Position numbers and translations under genes: made by a program. From Pristiophorus japonicus (Eukaryota), in assembly GCF_044704955.1 (NCBI RefSeq), contig NC_091981.1, forward strand, positions 71,734,001 through 71,798,000: a DNA stretch of 64,000 nucleotides, given 5' to 3'. The notes under the pieces were generated by a model. The model ran no database searches, had not been told where the DNA came from, and was given only the letters and a program-made list of their open reading frames with translations. Shown piece by piece: positions 60,163-64,000 of this stretch; position 1 is the first letter of the stretch; the number at the start of each line of letters is the position of its first letter.

Positions 60163-62693
60163 GTGAGTATAAAAAACAATTTTTAAGTATAAAGGGTGCG
60201 GAAGGTGGAAGCTGGTTGATCGACATGAGGAGACGGTCTAATATCTCAAACGCCTAGCCTGAGCCTGAATTAAGAGGACTTTTGTCCCACGTGACGGCCA
60301 GGAACCAAGTAGGCGTAGGGAACACACTTAGACCGTGGGATCGTGATACCGAGAGACATCTTCCGGACCCAGTAGTGTAATTTGAAATACCCCGGGATAG
60401 AACCAAGCGGTGTACAGCGGCTAACGGAATCCAAACCTGTGAACAGGGTCGGACCAACGGGCTGAGCGGTGGTAGGTAGTCGTTAAGGATACGTAGAGCA
60501 CTGCGGGAATTGCTTAAACGCGTTTTTAAGAATTGTATAAGTTTGTGCAACAGCAGAACTTGTGACCTGACAGTAGCCAAGAGACAGTTTACTACAAGTC
60601 GCGCTAGAAAGAAAGCGGACCTCTGAGAGTAGATTCCTAACGGTAGTAGTCCTACCCAGGAATGGCCATGAAAACAAGTAAACTCGAGTGGGGACCAGAA
60701 GGGTCGCTTACCCGCCACCTGGCGGAAAAACAAAAGAAGCTAATTGAAAAAAATGATTAAAGCAGGGTGGAATCCTCAGGAATTAGTTATGTGAGGAATT
60801 ATTTAGATAAAACTACGAATTCCCTGAAAGGTCATGGATCCAAAAATAGAGCCGGCCAAAACAAGAAGAGAGACTGTTGTAAATGTCTGATCGTTGAGTG
60901 AGAAGTGTCTGTGTGATTTTTGACTGCAGAATGAATTTTTTTATGTTTTCATGTTCCGAAAGTCTGGTTGGAAGAGGAATGCAAGTGTCTGTTTATTTTA
61001 GAAACAGAGTGAAAGTCTTTTTTTAAACCCTTTGTAATGTTGTCCTGTATGTGGGAAGTTTTAAGACATTTAAGTTAGAAACGCAGGTGTGGATTTATTC
61101 GGATGATAAGTTACGGAGCTAGGAAAATAAACAAATAAAGAATAGGTTTGTTGAGCAAAATATTTATTTGACATGCTCACTTACTTGCCGAAAGAAAACA
61201 TGCAATGATTGATTGGGCTGAAAGACATAAATTTAGTCTCGGAGTGAGATAAAGAATGCTTTAAAAAAAGAGCTTCTAAAAAAAAAAAGTTTTAATTAAA
61301 GATTGAAGTTACAAAGTTTGAATTGGGATTTTGAGATATTCAGAGAAGGCACAGGAAATACTGAGGTGGATTTAAAAAAAAAAAGAAAAAGATTAAATTA
61401 AATCTGATCAGGTCAAACTCCTGGGCAAGTGGCGAGCTATCTGCGAAGGTGTAAAAGGAACTTTTGGAAAATGTTAAAAAAAAAACAGCAAGCTTTAGTA
61501 ACGACTTTGAAACTGGAGCATTTTGAGATAACGAAAAAGCACTCAAACTCTCAAAGATGGACTTCATTCCAGTTATGGAGAAAAAGAAAAAGATAAAGAC
61601 GCCACTTTGAAAGTAAACAAATGATTTTAAATTAACAACTTTATGGAGTTACGAACCCTCCGTGTAAAATACAAAACCTAATTTGAAGAAAGAAAAAAAA
61701 GATGTAACGGACTAAATGGAAAAAGACATAACTTACTAAATACTAGTTGATGTTTGCTGTGAAAAAGATATTGGTTTAATTAGAAGAGGAAAAAAAAAAA
61801 TTGGAATAAGTAAAAAACACTCTACATGGATTCGAATTTTCAATTATGAAAAAGTTTCAATGCAGTTTGAAAAGATTTCCAAAATGGACAGTGTTTATCA
61901 AAAATGTCCCGAACAGTCTAAACAAGCAGGAGGGTTTTGAAGATAACGAGGAGAAAGAGAGAAATAAAAAAAAACAGAATTGAATTTCAGTAAACAAAAT
62001 TGCTATTGTATGTGTGGTCTTGTTTTAAAACAATTAAAAAAAAAAAAAAAATTCTTTGGCAAGTACTTGAATTAGAAGTTAAGAAAACATTGGAGTTTAC
62101 TCTAATGATTTATGCTGTTTTTAACGGATTCCTAATTTCGAAGCCAGTTTTGAAGGCACAAAGACTTTTTTTCAGATGATTACGTGAAGTCACGTAATGA
62201 CATCGGGTCTTCTTACAAACCTGTAAAGGAGTTAACCCTTTCCATTGACAGCCGTGTTATACTGAACATTATTAATTTGGATTTCTTAATAGGAAAAAAA
62301 AAAGACTCACCTAACAGAGGAAACAAAAAATAAAAACAGAACTAGCTTATGTAATAATGCTTGCCTGATACAAGAAAGAAATAGATATTCAATAAAACAA
62401 ATTGAAGAGTTAAAAGCTAAGATAAACAGGCTGGAAGAGATAACAGGACAAGACGGATAGTGCGCAGCCATAGCACCATCACCTCTGGCAATAGAGCCAA
62501 TGTACCCCACGGTGGGTAGGTGTAGTCCACAAACCCAACCTAACGGTAAAGCAGACAGCGATGTTTGGAGGAATAGCTTTGGCCTTGGTCATAGGAGTTT
62601 GGGTAATATTTAAGTGGGTAAAGACACGGGCGCACGCCCTACAGATTCAGCTCGAAATGGTTCGATTATAACCTTGTGCTTCTGATTTTGCAG
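60163..62693 (+). promoter_or_regulatory. Predicted env intron: donor GG|GTGAGT at 60163 to acceptor TTCTGATTTTGCAG| at 62693
   Basis: Consensus donor just after the PBS and consensus acceptor. The first ATG after the acceptor (62781) opens the env signal peptide. Confidence 0.6.
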
Positions 62694-62780
62694 GGTGACA
62701 GGGACACTCGTAGAGCAAAAAACTTAACCCCTGGTGACGACCAGGCCGTCTGTTTAAAATTACAGATAATACTTACCGGA

Positions 62781-64000
62781 ATGGGAATACGAACGGCGCT
62801 ACTCGTAATATGGATAGCCCTGCGACATACACGAACCCTGGGCAACACCGACGGACAGCAGAGCACGCTGGAAATAAACAATTACATGAACTATGGAGTG
62901 TTGTTCAATTTGACGGACGGAATATGTGTTCCAGCGACTAAGGATTGGAGCAAGGACAGAACTTATTTTAATGCATGGTTACAAGTGAATCCTAATAAGG
63001 ACCGGGTATGTGTACAGTGCTCCACGGGTATAAGGAGCAGCTGCATTAAACGGAGGGATGTCAAAGGGCCCGATGAATGTACTTTCGGCATAATTTGTGC
63101 GCCTCCGGGACAATCCCAGCAATCAGTCATCCGCAAGAAGGGAATGGGGCTGTGTGGGTATTACGAGGAGGCGGGGGTGGCTGCAATATCATTGTATGTA
63201 TGTTTCTCACCCCCTCCAACACCGCGCCCCATAAGAATCACTACATTGCCCGAGGAACTGCCTTGCCCCATAACTACGAAGGGACCAGAGAATGGGATTG
63301 TAATGTACAGCGAGGGGGAACTGTTGTATGATAATGTTAGACATGAAATTGTGCCTGTTCTGATCAATATTTCAGGCATCCAGATGCTGGAATACTGTAC
63401 AGAACAGTCAAGGAAGATGTACAATGTATTAAGTAAAGTTGTCATGCAGCAGGCTGCCGATGAAATGGGTGCCAGTAGGTTCCGGGGACAGGGGTTAGCC
63501 CCAGGATGAAGAGGGAAATAGTTAATGATGTTGCTACCGTTTTCAATACAGATACCTCCGTAGTGAACTCGATAGACATACAAGGATTAAATGAGAGGGT
63601 GGAGCAAAACCAGGAAGACCAGGCCAACCTAGGAAAGGAGGGTGCCAAAATCCAGTTGGATGGCATCTCAGTCCTGGAAGCTCACGCTAAAACCATCAAT
63701 CACCTCATTGATAGAGAACAATAAAGCAAAGACAGGGGCAACTCTGTCATGCTTATGGTCTGTGGATGGTGGGACAGATCCGCCACAACCTCGACCAGAT
63801 CCAACGCGGGGAAGTACCCGATTGGATAGACAGTTCACATTTAGCTCAGTTGGCGAACCAAAGGGGGACACTGGATAATTGTACTCTGAAGGGACTGACC
63901 CGAGTATACCCCGCAATTCCAGATTGCCATGGGTAGGACTACCGGGATAGGGATAGTCCTGTTGATCCCTATAGCAACGCCGGACTCAGGGCCGTTCCCC
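62781..64000 (+). pseudogene. env of element 2 (frameshifts/stops near 63500, 63720 and 63935); runs off the right edge
   Basis: Signal-like MGIRTALLVIWIAL; Cys-rich domain; Pro-rich linker; CPITTKGP..LYDNVRHEIVPVLINISGI; RMKR then EIVNDVATVFN..; CHAYGLWMVGQIRHNLDQIQRGEVPDWID. Confidence 0.85.

Overview
Vertebrate genomic DNA, most likely from a shark or other cartilaginous fish. This is inferred from the dense CR1 LINEs with (TTTCTATG)n tails, a DeuSINE and RTE/Harbinger families. Almost all ORFs in the supplied track are transposon-derived or antisense shadows of them. The only host gene I can support is the 3' end of an SYCP2-family gene, probably SYCP2L: four spliced coding exons at 7285-7384, 7470-7528, 23178-23256 and 31482-31523, plus a 3'UTR. 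Its introns are filled with nested CR1, L2, RTE, LTR and MITE fragments. From about 38.5 kb the window is a nest of retroviral elements. (1) A degraded + strand provirus carries gag, protease, RT, tether plus RNase H, integrase and an env with a paramyxo/pneumovirus-F-like layout, so it looks lokiretrovirus-like. It is preceded by a second env 3' half, a PPT and a putative LTR, and is interrupted by CR1, Gypsy, twin-primed RTE and Harbinger insertions. (2) A second LTR element has a tRNA-Ser PBS and no pol, and splices straight to a homologous env with a different N-terminal domain. Family assignments come from recalled motifs, not database searches.
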